A stretch of 64,000 nt of DNA. Source: Octopus vulgaris (taxonomy: Eukaryota). Where the stretch lies: assembly GCA_951406725.2 (NCBI GenBank), contig OX597816.1:54622001-54686000 (forward strand), written 5' to 3'. The translations under genes were made by a program, and so were the position numbers. The notes beneath the pieces are model-generated. The model did not search any database. It was given only the letters and a program-made list of their open reading frames with translations, and was not told the DNA's origin. Positions 39,989-52,711 of this stretch are shown here, one piece after another; the stretch's first letter is position 1; the number at the start of each line of letters is the position of its first letter.

Positions 39989-40613
39989 GGTGATAGTAGT
40001 AGTGGTGGTGGTAGTAGTAGTGGTGATGGTGGCGGTGTGTTGATAGTGAAAATATATTGTTTTATTGAAGTAAATATTATTCTTTTACATGTTCGCTCAC
40101 ACTTTACGGTTTAATTTGTTAGAGATGAGGAGGAGGTGGAGTGAGAGAGAAAGAAAAAGAGAATGTGATAGTGAGTGAGTGACCAGATAGCCAGTTGGTG
40201 CACTCATGTTGTCACTCATGTGGTTAGTAGAAGTGAGCGGTGAAAGAGAAAGAGAGAAATGTTAAAGACATGAAGAGAGGAATTACATGGATAAAAAGTT
40301 TATAGAAGTAAAGAGAAAGAGAGAAATATAAAGTGCTTCGCAGAAAGAAATTTTATAATCATATAATATATAATTGGGACTTAATGTGGAATATCGATGC
40401 ACCGATATATAGACTTTCAATGTAGTTATCTTCCGATCATAAACTGTAGGTACTAAGGCCGAAATAGGCCAAGTGGTCAGGATTGCCGACGTCTATGTGA
40501 GGGTGTATGTACGGGTATGTGTTGATGTGAAAGTGTGAGTGTATATGCCTATACGAATCCAGTCCTAGGTTACTAAGTATATCAATCCTTGGCCCACTAG
40601 ACGTTTTAGCCTG

Positions 40614-40670
<57 letters not shown>

Positions 40671-40814
40671 CATAAATGAGGGCAAAGGAAAAAAAATTCT
40701 AATGCCAAATATGCCGAAAAATTGGACATATTGTCCATTAACCATATAATTTTTTCACAATACGCACGCTACTCGAAAAAAGGTCGACAGAAATTTCTAA
40801 AAAATTCCATTATT

Positions 40815-40877
40815 ACCATATCGGACCGATTTCAGAGTTAGCTACTAAGAGCCCTCTCTTCGTCAGTGATACATGTG
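40815..40877 (-). ncRNA. Type-I hammerhead ribozyme motif, copy 1
   Basis: Minus strand UGUAUCA-CUGACGA-AGAG-[18 nt]-CUCU-GAAA-UCG-GUC-CGAUAUG: intact CUGANGA/GAAA/GUC core, stem II AGAG/CUCU, stem I UGUAUC/GAUAUG. Confidence 0.6.
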
Positions 40878-41398
40878 GCAAAAGAAATAAATGAGATACT
40901 TACTCATACCCATGGAAGAAGCAAATACTAAGTCATAGGCAAAACTAAGTACCCCCAAATACATCCAAAATAGAAATAATCCAGCCCATTCGAGGCACGT
41001 GCGATTTGAACTGAGGCTCTCACAGAGTGAGTTAGTTAGTTCGGAAGTGAACGCTTAAATTTATATCAAATGTGAGGATAAAATTCTTTTCGAAAAAAAA
41101 TATTTTCTCGAAAAGAATCTTATCAATGGCCAGCATATTGAAAAATACCTTTAACGGTTAAATTTATAAACAATTCATAAATGAGGGCAAAGGAAAAAAA
41201 TTTCTAATGCCAAATATGCCGAAAAATTGGACATATTTTCCATTAATCATATAATGTTTTCACAATACGCACGCTACTCGAAAAAAGGCTGGAGTATTTC
41301 TATTTTGGATGTATTTTGGGTACTTAGTTGTGCCCATGACTTAGTATTTGCTTCTTCCATGGGTATGAGTAAGTATCTCATTTATTTCTTTTGCCACA

Positions 41399-41456
41399 TG
41401 TATCACTGACGAAGAGAGGGCTCTTATTAGCTAACCCTGAAATCGGTCCGATATGG
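41399..41456 (+). ncRNA. Type-I hammerhead ribozyme motif, copy 2
   Basis: tgtatca-ctgacga-agag..ccct-gaaa-tcg-gtc-cgatatg. Confidence 0.55.
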
Positions 41457-41738
41457 TAATAATGGAATTTTTTAGAAATTTCTGTCGACCTTATTTCGAG
41501 TAGCGTGCGTATTGTGAAAAAATTATATTGTTAATGGACAATATGTCCAATTTTTCGGCATATTTGGCATTAGAATGTTTTTCCTTTGCCCTCATTTATG
41601 AATTGTTTATAAATTTAACCGTTAATGGTATTTTTTAATATGCTGGCCATTGATAAAATTCTTTTCGCGAAAATATTTTTTTTCGAAAAGAATTTTATCC
41701 TCACATTTGATATAAATTTAAGTGCTCTCTCTCTCCCG

Positions 41739-41769
<31 letters not shown>

Positions 41770-43462
41770 ATGCAATATAACACATATGTCTGTAAGTGTA
41801 TGTGTATGTTCCTGTATGTAATGGCTGGAAACAGGCTAATTTGCTATGTTCCTGTTCCATGAGAAAAAATATTTCGCGGTTTTTGTTGCCGTTCTTTAAC
41901 TTCTGTATTCAAATCGTGAAGTTTGCCTTTCCTTTCTCCTTTAATGAAATACCGATCTAGTAGTTAGCTTGGTGGCATCGGCTGAGTCCCATTTGCTAAA
42001 AATTGTTAGCCTTCTGTCCAAATTAGAAACAATGACACATATCAATACAGATTCACATACACCTCTCACGAGACACTGAAACCTACATCCAGACATACTC
42101 ACACACATAGAGTATACGTTTACTTGTTAGCGTCAGCAAAGAAAAAAATACTCAATCTAGTTCGAGAAAGTATCATTATGCATATGAGTGTGTGTTTTAA
42201 TTGTGTTAGTGTGAAATTCATGTATATTTTGTTATTAATGCACCTCATACTAGTGTAGACGAAAGGTGTTTCAATCGTTACCATTTTGTCATCTACGAAT
42301 GTACAGGGAACTCACGCGCACTTTAATGAGAGAGAGAGATTGGAAAGTTACACACTCGACCGTAAAACAACATCTCAAATATATTTGAGTCACACAATGG
42401 AGCTTGAAGGGCCTTGATGCATAAATTAACAACCGACAGACACTCGCCCACTACTAGATATATACTTTGAACACATAAGCACAAAACCTCAAAAGTGTGG
42501 CGGAGGATATGTACGGCTAAGTCGATGAACACACTGTATAACAGGTACTGAAGTATAGGTGCTGTTTATTAGATAATTAAATGTGGAACGTAATCGAGCG
42601 AAATGGTTTTCGCAGACATCGTCTAGTCTAGAAATGTTAGCGAAGAAATTATGATTAAAACTGGAATAAAATGAATCAAATGCTGAAGCTCTGTGAAAAC
42701 TTTAATGTTCAGAGACATGAAGTAAATGTTTCGAAACTGGAATATTTTGTTGATTTAAGAAGAAAGACTAGAAAAAAAAAAAGAAGAAAAGAAATCAATG
42801 CTTTATCACCAGTTGTAACCGGTTTGAATCAGTAAGTCACACTATATTGTTTTTATGATGAGTTCATTAGAAGTAAATAACCGGAGAAAACCAGATTGCC
42901 TACAGCTAACTGATGGTTTCTGAACAAAGAAAAGATAACAAAGAACGTCACGCAGAAGAACATAGCAACAACAACAACAACAACAATCAAAAGAAAAAAA
43001 GCATAAGCAATAGCTTTCATTAATACTTTCATAAACTATTGTTCTAATTACTTGCAAAAATCGATAAAAATAGGTAAAGCTAATATTGATTTAACTTTTA
43101 TGAAAGAAATGAAACGCTGTAAACACATTAAAAGCGAATATTTAAAAATTTCAAATATAACATTGTTTTGATTTCTCTCGGAGATCGATACTGCAAAGAA
43201 AGAAGCAAGAGAAGAGCAACGAGAGATAAATAGCCGGAAGATAACTAAATTATCTCCGACATTTATCTCTGGCTATGGCACAATGGAGAATTTGATGTTT
43301 TGACGTCAAATAATGGGTCACGTGACACTATGGTACTTGCTGCGCTGACGAGAGAATCCTAACGGACGACTTTCTCTTGTTCGTTCTTACTATTACTGAC
43401 ATCCATATTTGCCTAACATCAGCATTTTCATACGACAGTGCGGGACAGGATATATGTCATTG

Positions 43463-43703
43463 ATGTATGTATGTATGTATGTATGTATGTATGTATGTAT
43501 GTATGTATGTATGTATGTATGTATGTATGTATGTATGTATGTATGCATGTATGTATGTGTGTGTGTATGTATGTATGTATGTATATATGTATGTATGTAT
43601 GTATGTATGAATGTATGTATGTATGTATGCATGTATGTATGTATGCATGCATGTATGTATGTAAGTGTGTTTATGTATGTATGTATGAATGTATGTATGT
43701 ATG

Positions 43704-43737
<34 letters not shown>

Positions 43738-43785
43738 TGTATGCATGCATGTATATATGTATGTATGCATGTATGTACGTATGCA
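43463..43785. repeat. (TATG)n microsatellite
   Basis: Directly visible. Confidence 0.95.
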
Positions 43786-43879
43786 TCTCTGGTATTTTAG
43801 TACTTCAGTTCAAGTTTAAAGGAGAAAAAAGGGATTTGTGAGTGTTACCGTGACATCACAATTCTGGAAGCTGTCAGCA

Positions 43880-44795
43880 TAGTACTATACTTTCGTTCAA
43901 CAGGCTGATGGACGGTATCTCTCCTATAAGCAACTCCGAATTACAAAGTGGTTTTAGATCAGGTAGAGAAACAATCGATATGATATTCTCTGCTAGATCG
44001 ATACAAAAGAAATGCACTGAACAGTAGATGCATTTTTATCAAGTCTTTGTTGAGTTAGCAAAAAAATGTTCGATACAATTAACCGAGAGGGCATTGTGGA
44101 CAATTCTTAGAATGGTCGAGTGCCTTCTGTTTTGTTAGTATGTTTAAGAGTTTGCACGAAGACATGAAGGCTGGAGTTGTCTTTCATGAAAAAATTTTCT
44201 GACAAAGTTCCAATTGACAATGGAGCAAGGCAACATTCAGGCTCCCACACTCTTTTTATTATTCTCTGCTATTCTGCTTACGTATGCATTCCACAAGTGT
44301 GATAAGTATGTTCTCTTGCTGTTTAGAAATTCTGGAAGAGCTTCCAGCTTGAGAAAGTTCAACTTCAAGTCGGAGACGTTTGAACTTTGATCAAGGACCT
44401 TCTTTATATAGATGATGTCGATTTCCTCGTTCGCTCTGCTGATGACATACAATACATTATGAATCGTTATACTGCTTCATGTATGGTCTTTGATCATAAA
44501 GAAAGTCTGAAAAAAAATACAGCGATGGAATGTTCAAACGTGCATCAGGCGAACAGCTTTGTTTACCTGGGTAGCATGTAATCGAGAGATGGCTCCCTAG
44601 ACGCAAGAAATATCTACGTATTCAGAAAGCTTCTGCAGTATTTAGGGAGCTTAAAAGAAGAATCTGAGCAAATGGCATGAGTACTTATGGCTCCATTGTG
44701 CTCTTCTGACACCTACACAATACACTGTGGGTATCTGAAGCTGCTTGAGTGTTCTCATCACAAATGTTTGAGAGACATACTGAACATCAATAGGT
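43880..44795 (+). pseudogene. Decayed RTE-clade LINE reverse transcriptase fragment
   Basis: Manual translation ELQSGFRSGRETIDMIFSAR.IQKKCTEQ, APTLF, DLLYIDDV (YADD box), FVYLGS, LECSHHKCLRDILNI. Confidence 0.85.
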
Positions 44796-45847
44796 TGGAT
44801 TTTTGCTCCTTTTCCGTGAAACCGTGTATTCCTAGGTGTTTGCATAAATTTGTTGTTAAATATCTCAACGCACCTGTATGATAGGTACAAATGAGAATTC
44901 ATAGGTAAGTTCCCCTTAAACTCAGAACTTTAACTCGGCACAAATGTTCTCTTCTTCCTGAACATTTGATTGTACATTCACATCTGCCGGGCAACTGACC
45001 TCTACAACTCTGCATGACGTTATTTCCTGTCCTACGGAGCAATATCAAGTTTGTTATGTTTGCACAGAATTGATGTTTTTATTGGAGTATTCCAAGAGTA
45101 TTCCTTGTTTTTAAAGGTGTGAATACTTGCTGGTTCTGACATGTCTTCTATGTACCTAATAGGGCAATCCTGCCTATGGACAGCATTTAAAATTGGTTTT
45201 GCAGCTATATCATGCGTCTGGGACGGGTAGGCACTCGTAGGCATTTTGGGGAGGCTACTGATGACATGGGTAAAATCTTCCACACTGGTATAGCAGAGCC
45301 GGCATTTTTTTATGACAACGTGGCGGTTGGAGGTTCGTTGGTGGCTTTATCTCTCTTGTTTAGCAGGTACTTAACATATATGTCCCTGGGTCGACGTTGA
45401 TGTGAATTTTCTCTGCTTTGTCGACAATATTTCCTCAGTTGACTATCATGCATGATAACTATTTTGCCCAGACTTATATCTCGTGAGAATATGGTAACTA
45501 GTTCTAATTGTCTCTTGACGTTGGTTATATTGCCAGAATATAAATTTAAATCATCAACAAAAATTGTGTAGAAGACATTTTCTTTTTCTGCATATCCCAG
45601 CCGCCTTGTTTTCGTTTTAGGTGGACGCGGCCTATGTCACTGTTCATGTGGAAATTATGTATACTAGTTAGTGTCTTCTGGGTTTTCACATCAATGGTTC
45701 GGAACTCATCCAGCGTCCAGTCAAGCAGCCAAAATGTTGGTATGAGTACTGGCACTTCAAAAACATTGTGGGTAACTGTTTTATTGAATGCAGAGCGTTC
45801 CGAGGTCCAAATTTTCTTTATTCGGCAGTAATATTCTTTAGTGAGAC
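44795..45847 (-). pseudogene. Decayed R4/Dong-related non-LTR element (post-RT, CCHC remnant, restriction-like endonuclease)
   Basis: ORFs 45546-45755 (PVLIPTFWLLDWT..SDIGRVHLKRKQGG) and 45032-45283 (HVISS.PKM..HDIAAK..KEYSWNTPIKTS..KHNKLDI); 5' flank is (CATA)n on the sense strand. Confidence 0.8.
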
Positions 45848-45879
45848 GTGTATGTATGTATGTATGTAAGTATGTATCT

Positions 45880-46210
45880 ATGCTTATAGATACTTAATTA
45901 TAAACTTCTAGAATATTTTCGAATAAGGTTTCACCTTTCTGGTTTTGAGAAGCCTAATTTCTCAAGTGATACATATCCAAGTGCTCTAATAATTACATGT
46001 ATAAACCTGAACTTCTAATCTGGATAGAATAAGAGCATATTTCTTAAAAATTCAGCGTACGTAGGTATTTTCTATTTAACTGATCTTCAGCTTTATGTTA
46101 ACATCCGCTGGGCACCTAAATTCCACAACCATGCACAGTTCTTCTTCTCTATCCCAAATCATTGTACCAGGTCTGTTGTGCTTACATCTTATTGAGGTTC
46201 TCACTGGTGC
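45880..46210 (-). pseudogene. 5'-truncated copy of the same R4-related family (RLE C-terminus and 3' end) between two (CATA)n tracts
   Basis: ORF 46076-46342 ends CKHNRPGTMIWDREEELCMVVEFRCPADVN; continues in degraded frames to IIRALGYVSLEKLGF. Confidence 0.8.
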
Positions 46211-47381
46211 ATATATGTATGTATGTATGTGTGTATGTATGTATGTATGTATGTATGTATGTATGTATGTATTAATGTATGTATGCATATGTATGCACGT
46301 CCGTACATACGTATGTCTGTATGCGTGTATGTGTACATGCACATATATACATGTAAGTATATAACGCTAAATAGATATGCATATATTTTATGCATATACG
46401 TACAAGCTCCATCTGATGAATATATTTATAAGCTACTTCCGTATCTTGTGAATATATACAAACGGCTGTGTATAAATGCGTGCGCATGTCAGTGGTTATC
46501 TACACGCTCGTCTATGTGAGGTTGTATCAATTCATCATTGCATGTACACTTATCTCTATAGTATAGAATGAATGCGTACGTTCCACCATGGCAATTGGAT
46601 ACTTCATTTCTCTTTACTGCACCAATAAATGCATTATGCTGTAAAATGTACAGAAGCATGGATTTTCAATTTAGAAGAGAATTGTATATGTTGGTGCGAG
46701 TTTCGTTTATTGGAACATAACAAATAGAAGTAACGCAGTTATAAGAATTGATGTTGCTACTGAAATATTTAACAGTAATATATAGAAAGCTAACTGGACT
46801 CTAGCAAAGATCTGTAATTGATAATCTAGCGCGAAAAATTGAACAATGATGGAAAGGGTGAATTATGTAAGCCTTTTTATCGATTTCGAAATGATATTTT
46901 CCACAGAATTATAAGAGAATGCAACCTCAAATATGATGGAGAATTATCGCGGACATTTCAAATATATTGAATAAACCACGAAAAAAAAAGAAACGAAAAC
47001 AAAAGAAAAGAACTTGACAAGATTGATATCAAACGAGATAAAATTGTGAAAAATGTGGAGTAAAAGCGAGATGATTTTAGGTAAGAATCTTGTGCGAGGT
47101 CATTGGTAAATACATTCTCAGTTGAACTGTAACAAACAGAATCAAAATATGAGAAGCGTTAGAATTGTAGAAGAATTATTAGTATAAAACTTATTTCTGC
47201 TATAGTGTCATGGAGATCCTTTTAGAACCATTTAGCTTTCGAGAGTAAAGTGTTTGCAGAAATTATACATCATTCTACACATTTCAATGTTGTTACATCT
47301 TGAATTATACCACCTGTAGAATGTACCAAGCATCGAACGTCAGAATTCTCCAGTGTTATATTCTGTACATGAGTGATAAAC

Positions 47382-47688
47382 TGTTGTATAGTGAAATTGT
47401 ATACCCTCCCACTAAAAAGTGGTAGGATACAACCATTATAAATAGACCAGTAGCCAGTCGTTAAGAACGGGTCGAGAGCTGAAGAGTTGAGAGTCGACAG
47501 TTCTAGTCGGTGTTTTGTGGCGCTATCAGCGATAGTAAGACAGAAGAAGTTTTTGTATTACTATTCCGGTAAGAAGAGATACGACGGTATCCTATGACTA
47601 GTAACTATTGTGGCTACTAGCATAAAACAGCAACTACAGTACAACGGCAGTCATACATTTACCGGTGGGAGGAACCCACATTACAACA
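47382..47688 (+). mobile_element. Possible solo LTR (307 bp)
   Basis: Starts TGTTGTA and ends TACAACA (7-bp inverted termini), TATAAATA near 47437; no TSD or PBS visible. Confidence 0.5.
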
Positions 47689-48089
47689 AGAAGGAATTCC
47701 AACCACGTTTCGTGGTTCGCTACCACAACAGCTCCTTTATAGGATCCAGTGGCTAATGACTACATTAGGAGGAACCACATCCAATTTCGGCCCCTATTCC
47801 TCTACTGTTTTCGACGTGGCGTGGCCCCACTTTTCGGAGGTGTCTTCAGTTCTGGTGTTTTCCAAAGTGTCGTGTTAGTTTCTTCTTTCTCCTTTTTCCT
47901 TTTGTTCTTTGGTTTCTTTGATGCAGCGTCAACGAATGTCAGCGGGCGAATGACCATCCCGCCAAATTTCCCTGTAAATACTCGCCGGTAGACTCCAGCA
48001 GTTACCACCAGCTAACTGTCACGTGACACTGTCTAAGCTTCAACTGACCAATGGAAAGGAAGGGCGCGTAGTTTTAGCTCGCGTCTCTC

Positions 48090-48990
48090 TAAACCTACCT
48101 TCCAAAGTGTCGTGTTAGTTTTAGCTCCAGCAGCCAAAGCCGACCAGCTATTTGGTGGTACATGCCTTCGAACCAGGAGGAGGGCACGCTATGAACAAGA
48201 TTGCTACCTTGGCCCACCTGGCAATCAGCGATGCTGCTTAAGTGTCAGCCAGCCTCACCTAGCGACGCTATTTCCTAGTCGGCATGTGATGGCTTTCAAG
48301 CCGTTTTGGGTCTTCTCCTTTCAGCCACATATAGAGGCTACCTTTGTCGACTGCCTCCTGTATCCTCCTTATCATTTTTCTCAGCTCTGAGCTCAAAAAT
48401 GCAAACCATCTTTTAAATAATATCGCCATTTTCCTTTCAATGAAGCCTCTAGCCCCCACTGCCAGGTGGTAATACTCGACAGTCCATCCCTGTTCTCTGT
48501 ACTCTTCGATTAATCTCTCATATCTCTTCTCTTTCCGTTGCTCTGCATTAGCATGTTCTCTTCCCATGCCACTGTCAGCTCTAGCAAAATTCCAATTTCC
48601 CGATTAAGTCCGGTCTTTTTGTTGTTTTTATGAGTGGAAATGTTAAGTCTTTCCAAAACTGCATCCAGCTCCCAGTATCTCTTCCATCTTACGCTTGTCT
48701 CGTATACTTTTTTTAAAAGGCCTATTCTTAAGTCCTTTTCCCTCCTTCTGGAAGTATATCTTTCTGTGCTTTTCCAATTTTGGGTTATCTCCTCTATTAT
48801 ATCCCTCGATCTTCTCCTTGAGTGCTGCGCTTATGACACCGAGGACTTGATTGTGACGTCACGTATATCTGTCTAGTGCTAGCTTGCAGCTTGACAGAAC
48901 ATGTCTCACAGTCGCTTTCTCACCGCATCTACATTCATCAGTTGTTTGTATGTTCCACCAGACTAAATATGCCGTGAAGATAAAACGTCG
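48090..48990 (-). pseudogene. Decayed RLE-type non-LTR retrotransposon, HERO-like (CCHC knuckle plus restriction-like endonuclease)
   Basis: ORFs 48859-49083 (CRCGEKATVRHVLSSCKLALDRYT, then *RHNQVL) and 48268-48567 (RKEKRYERL..EQGW..LAVGARGF..YMWLK). Confidence 0.8.
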
Positions 48991-49819
48991 TAGGCAGACT
49001 TGATCAGGAAGAATGTTCTTGTTTCTTCCCAAGCCCAAAGTTCCTTCTATGAGATTTCCGCGACTGACTATATATTTCTCCAATCTCAGGCACTAATTAA
49101 ACTAGTTTTCATAATTTAGACGTTGTACTATAATTTAATTAAATCCGATCTGAACAATTGCAGTTTTAGTGTAGAATAGTCACACAAGTTTCTTACCTAA
49201 AATCGTCTCACTTTTACTCAACATGTTTTACAATTTTACTTCGTCTGATATCAATCTTACAAATTTCTTTTTCTTTTTTCTTTTCATATTTTCTTTCTAG
49301 TTCATGATTTACTCATTGCATTTGAAGTGTTCTCTAGAGTTCTGCGGGGTTTACACAGATTTATTTCAGATTAATAACCGAACAGAACTGAAGTATTTTA
49401 TGGTTTAGAAATATCTAGATTAGCCATGCTAGTTATGTAGGTTCACCAGTAAATCAAAGGCTTGAAGATATAGGATTGGAGCGAATTATTCAGGACCTTT
49501 GAGAATTAATGTAGCACTTGATATGTGTAGTAAAAGTGTCCATATATGGAAGAGAGGGAGAGTGAGAAAGAGAAAGAGAGAGAGAGAGAGAGAAAGGGTG
49601 AGAGAGAAAAAGAGAATTTATATTACATTCTCTCCATTGGAGGATATTTTCAAAAGTTCTGTGTACGTTAGGAAGGGATGAAATATTAAAGATATACATT
49701 GTCAGGAGTGATGAATGAAAAACAGAAAAATGGAATAAATTTGGTTCCTGATTAATTTCCTTTTAATTGTTAATTTGATGAGAAGGGTTATTCACTTTTT
49801 GATTGAAACATTTCTAAGG

Positions 49820-50220
49820 ATGTAATCACAATTCACGAGGCTGATGGATTGTAAGAATTTACAAGGCGAACGACTTTTCTTACTTGGATTGTTGTTGGCA
49901 AACATTTTCAATCTGAACAACGAGAGCCTTTGGAATCGGCATCTGAAGAGGCGGAGTTACACATTGATTAGAAAACTGTCTTAGTCGTGGATTCTTGTAG
50001 GGATATCGAATTGTCAAGAACCAGTGTTAAATTGGCAATGTTTTAGGCCTAATGCAGCTTTTTAAAAGATAAAAAGGACTAGTAAAGTTGTTAATGTTAG
50101 ACTCACTTGCAGAGATCCTTCGTCTCTAAACTTGAATCGTCATTTCTGGATCAGAATTACAAGGATTTTCGTAAGAGTGGTATTCATTATGTCTGTAGTA
50201 GTCTGTTAATCCTGAGAGAA
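49820..50220 (-). mobile_element. Very decayed Penelope-like 3' end remnant (tentative)
   Basis: Minus strand has an SL-RDEG-like endonuclease end followed by a gaaaatgtttgccaacaacaatccaag terminal-repeat-like motif. Confidence 0.3.
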
Positions 50221-50334
50221 TTCCCAAAGAATACATGTTGAAGCTAAAAAAAAGTAATTTCTATATAGAATCCCTGCTTAATTTTCCATATATATTTTCC
50301 ATGTTAATACCTTTCTGAAAGTCATTAATAATCG

Positions 50335-50530
50335 TTTCCAATTTGGCACCAAGGCAGCAGTTTCGGGTCGATCAGTTTAATCCTAGTATGTAATTGGTAC
50401 TTATTTTGTCAACTCTGAAAGGATGGAAGGCAGAGTCGACTTCGGAATTTGAACACAGAACGTAAAGACGAACGAAATATGGCTGAGCATTTTGTCCGAT
50501 GCGGTAACGATTCTACCAGGTCGCGGCCTA
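50335..50530 (-). mobile_element. Diverged SINE family A
   Basis: ggtacttattttgtcaac..gaaaggatggaaggcagagtcgac..gaacgtaaagacgaacgaaat. Confidence 0.8.
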
Positions 50531-51426
50531 CCTAAAGTCATTAATAATAAAAATTATATGAAATAGTTTGAACCGAATGGTGGTTTGGTTTATTAGAAAC
50601 TAAAGGCAATCTCCACAATATATGTTAGTGTATCGATTTCCGATATTGACTTAAATCAGGAGAAGGAGGGGTGAAATATCCTTCACGGTTCACTGATGTT
50701 GAATTTATCGATCACAGAAAAAAAAAAGCTAAAAAAACATCGACGGAATTTGGATCTAGAATTAGGAAGAATGAAACTAAATATTGCGATCAACTGGCGA
50801 TTCTGCCAATCTTCCGCCCTCGTATTGTTTTACTATAATCTAAGAACTCGATTCTTCATATCCAATTCTATGTTCTCGTGGAACTTTCTCAAAGAAAGCA
50901 GAAGTTCTATTTTTGACAGCAAACTGTTAAGATGTAGACATTTCAAATACGGCTAATATCTGCTTATGGAAAGACAGAATAATTACAAGAATGGTTTTCT
51001 GCAAAGATGTCAAACAATCTATAGTTTTCCTTAGGGAAACGTCAATATGCGGCAGAGTTTCGAAAAGTTGGCTTCCTTCCAGACGCCTCTTTCATATCAA
51101 AAATTTCGCTTTCAGTGAAATTATATCGGATATATAATACGTTGTTGACCGGCCAATGATCTGCTAAAAATAAAAATTATCAACTGAAAATCTTTTGCTT
51201 GAGAAAATTTGGAAGTAGTTTTTGTAGAATATGTTTCATTCAAAAATAAATGAATTCCACCGTTTATATTGAATAATTAAGAAAACAAAATGTAATTTCA
51301 GAATATGTTGAGTTAACAATAATTTCTATTACCTTAGACATGTTAGAATGAGAGGCAGTAAACAGCCTCAGGAGACGAGACACATTGTAGGGTTTTAAAT
51401 TATCGGGATATATCATAAAATAGGGA

Positions 51427-51484
<58 letters not shown>

Positions 51485-51585
51485 ACTAAGAGTTAAGTGA
51501 TGATACTGGTTATCTAGCATTGGTGAGCATCGTTTGATGGTAAGTGAAAAGACAAAGTTGGAGACAGTCACCTTGTATATATATT

Positions 51586-51996
51586 TATTTCTTTATTGTC
51601 CATAAGGGGACAAACATAGAGAGGACAAACAAGAACATACAAAGGGATTAGTCGATTACATCGACCCCAGTACGTAACTGGTACTTATTTAATCGACCCC
51701 TAAAGGATGAAAGGTAAAGTCGACCTCGGCGGAATTTGAACTCAGAACGTAACGGCAGACGAAATACCAATTTCTTTACTACCCACAAGGGGCTAAACAG
51801 AGAGAGGACAAACAAGGACAGACAAACGAGTTAAGTCGATTATATCGACCCCAGTGTGTAAATGGTACTTATTTAATCGACCCCGAAAGGATGAAAGGCA
51901 AAGTCGACCTCGGCGGAATTTGAACTCAGAACGTAACGGCAGACGAAATACCGCTAAACATTTCGCCCGGTGTGCTTAACGTTTCTGCCAACCGCC
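51586..51996 (-). mobile_element. SINE family A head-to-tail dimer (full unit plus headless unit) within one TSD
   Basis: Units about 51586-51768 and 51769-51996; flanks ccttgtatatatatt at 51571-51585 and 51995-52009. Confidence 0.9.
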
Positions 51997-52244
51997 TTGT
52001 ATATATATTAACTGCAACATGACCTCTTCTCTAGACTGAAAACTTTTTACTTTCATCATTAATAGTATTCAAAATTTATGACCACCCCAACCTCGGATCG
52101 GATTAAAAGAAAAAATTAACGAATTATCGCATGAGAAAATCTCTGATATTGGCTTTTAGTGCAAAATGTTCTCTTGTACAGAACGCCCACATTTAAGAGG
52201 AGACATATAATTGCTCTCTGTATTAATACTCCCTCTGTCGCTAA

Positions 52245-52634
52245 TCTTTATATATAAAAGTGAGGTTGTGTGCTGTCTGTCTCCTACGATTTAGATTCCT
52301 AACTACTCCCACATTTTGCGGTGCAGTTTACCCAAAACCGGGTATCTTATAGTCGTGATTCATATAGAGGCCTTCTGGGTATTAGCGCGCGTCTACGATT
52401 AGTCTACGATTTAAAAAAAACATTTACCATCAATTTTTCCCATTTTTAATGCATTTTTGGCATATATAAGGGAAGTAACTCTCTAAAAATTTATTATTAA
52501 TTCTCAGAACGTAAAAGCTACAGTAACACTTTGTGGTTAGCCATATTGAGATGGCTATTATACTTTACATCTCTAAAAATGCTTATATAGTTACTTCCCT
52601 TACAAACCCGAGCAACGCCGGGCGATACTGCTAG
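52245..52634 (+). mobile_element. Non-autonomous Helitron
   Basis: 5' A|TCTTTATATATAAAA, 3' hairpin CCCGAGCAACGCCGGG followed by CTAG|T; inserted between A and T with no TSD. Confidence 0.88.
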
Positions 52635-52711
52635 TATATATACATATATTTTTAACAAGTTAACTGGTTCATTGGGACATCAGCGCCTTTCTGGTACTAA
52701 TTTTGTATATA

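Larger units (their letters stand above)
40667..41724. mobile_element. Composite insertion of a 505-bp non-coding hammerhead-bearing unit: 1.2 direct copies (minus sense, 40667-41288) joined head-to-head to an inverted partial copy (plus sense, 41287-41724)
   Basis: 40667-40783 repeated directly at 41172-41288; 41287-41605 is the reverse complement of 40667-40987 and 41606-41724 of about 41051-41171; flanked by (TA)n and (CT)n(CA)n. Confidence 0.85.

Noticed and set aside
39508-40360. Possible second Helitron starting ATCTATATAATAA
   Set aside because: No matching 3' hairpin plus CTRR terminus was found, and the interior is low-complexity purine-rich DNA.
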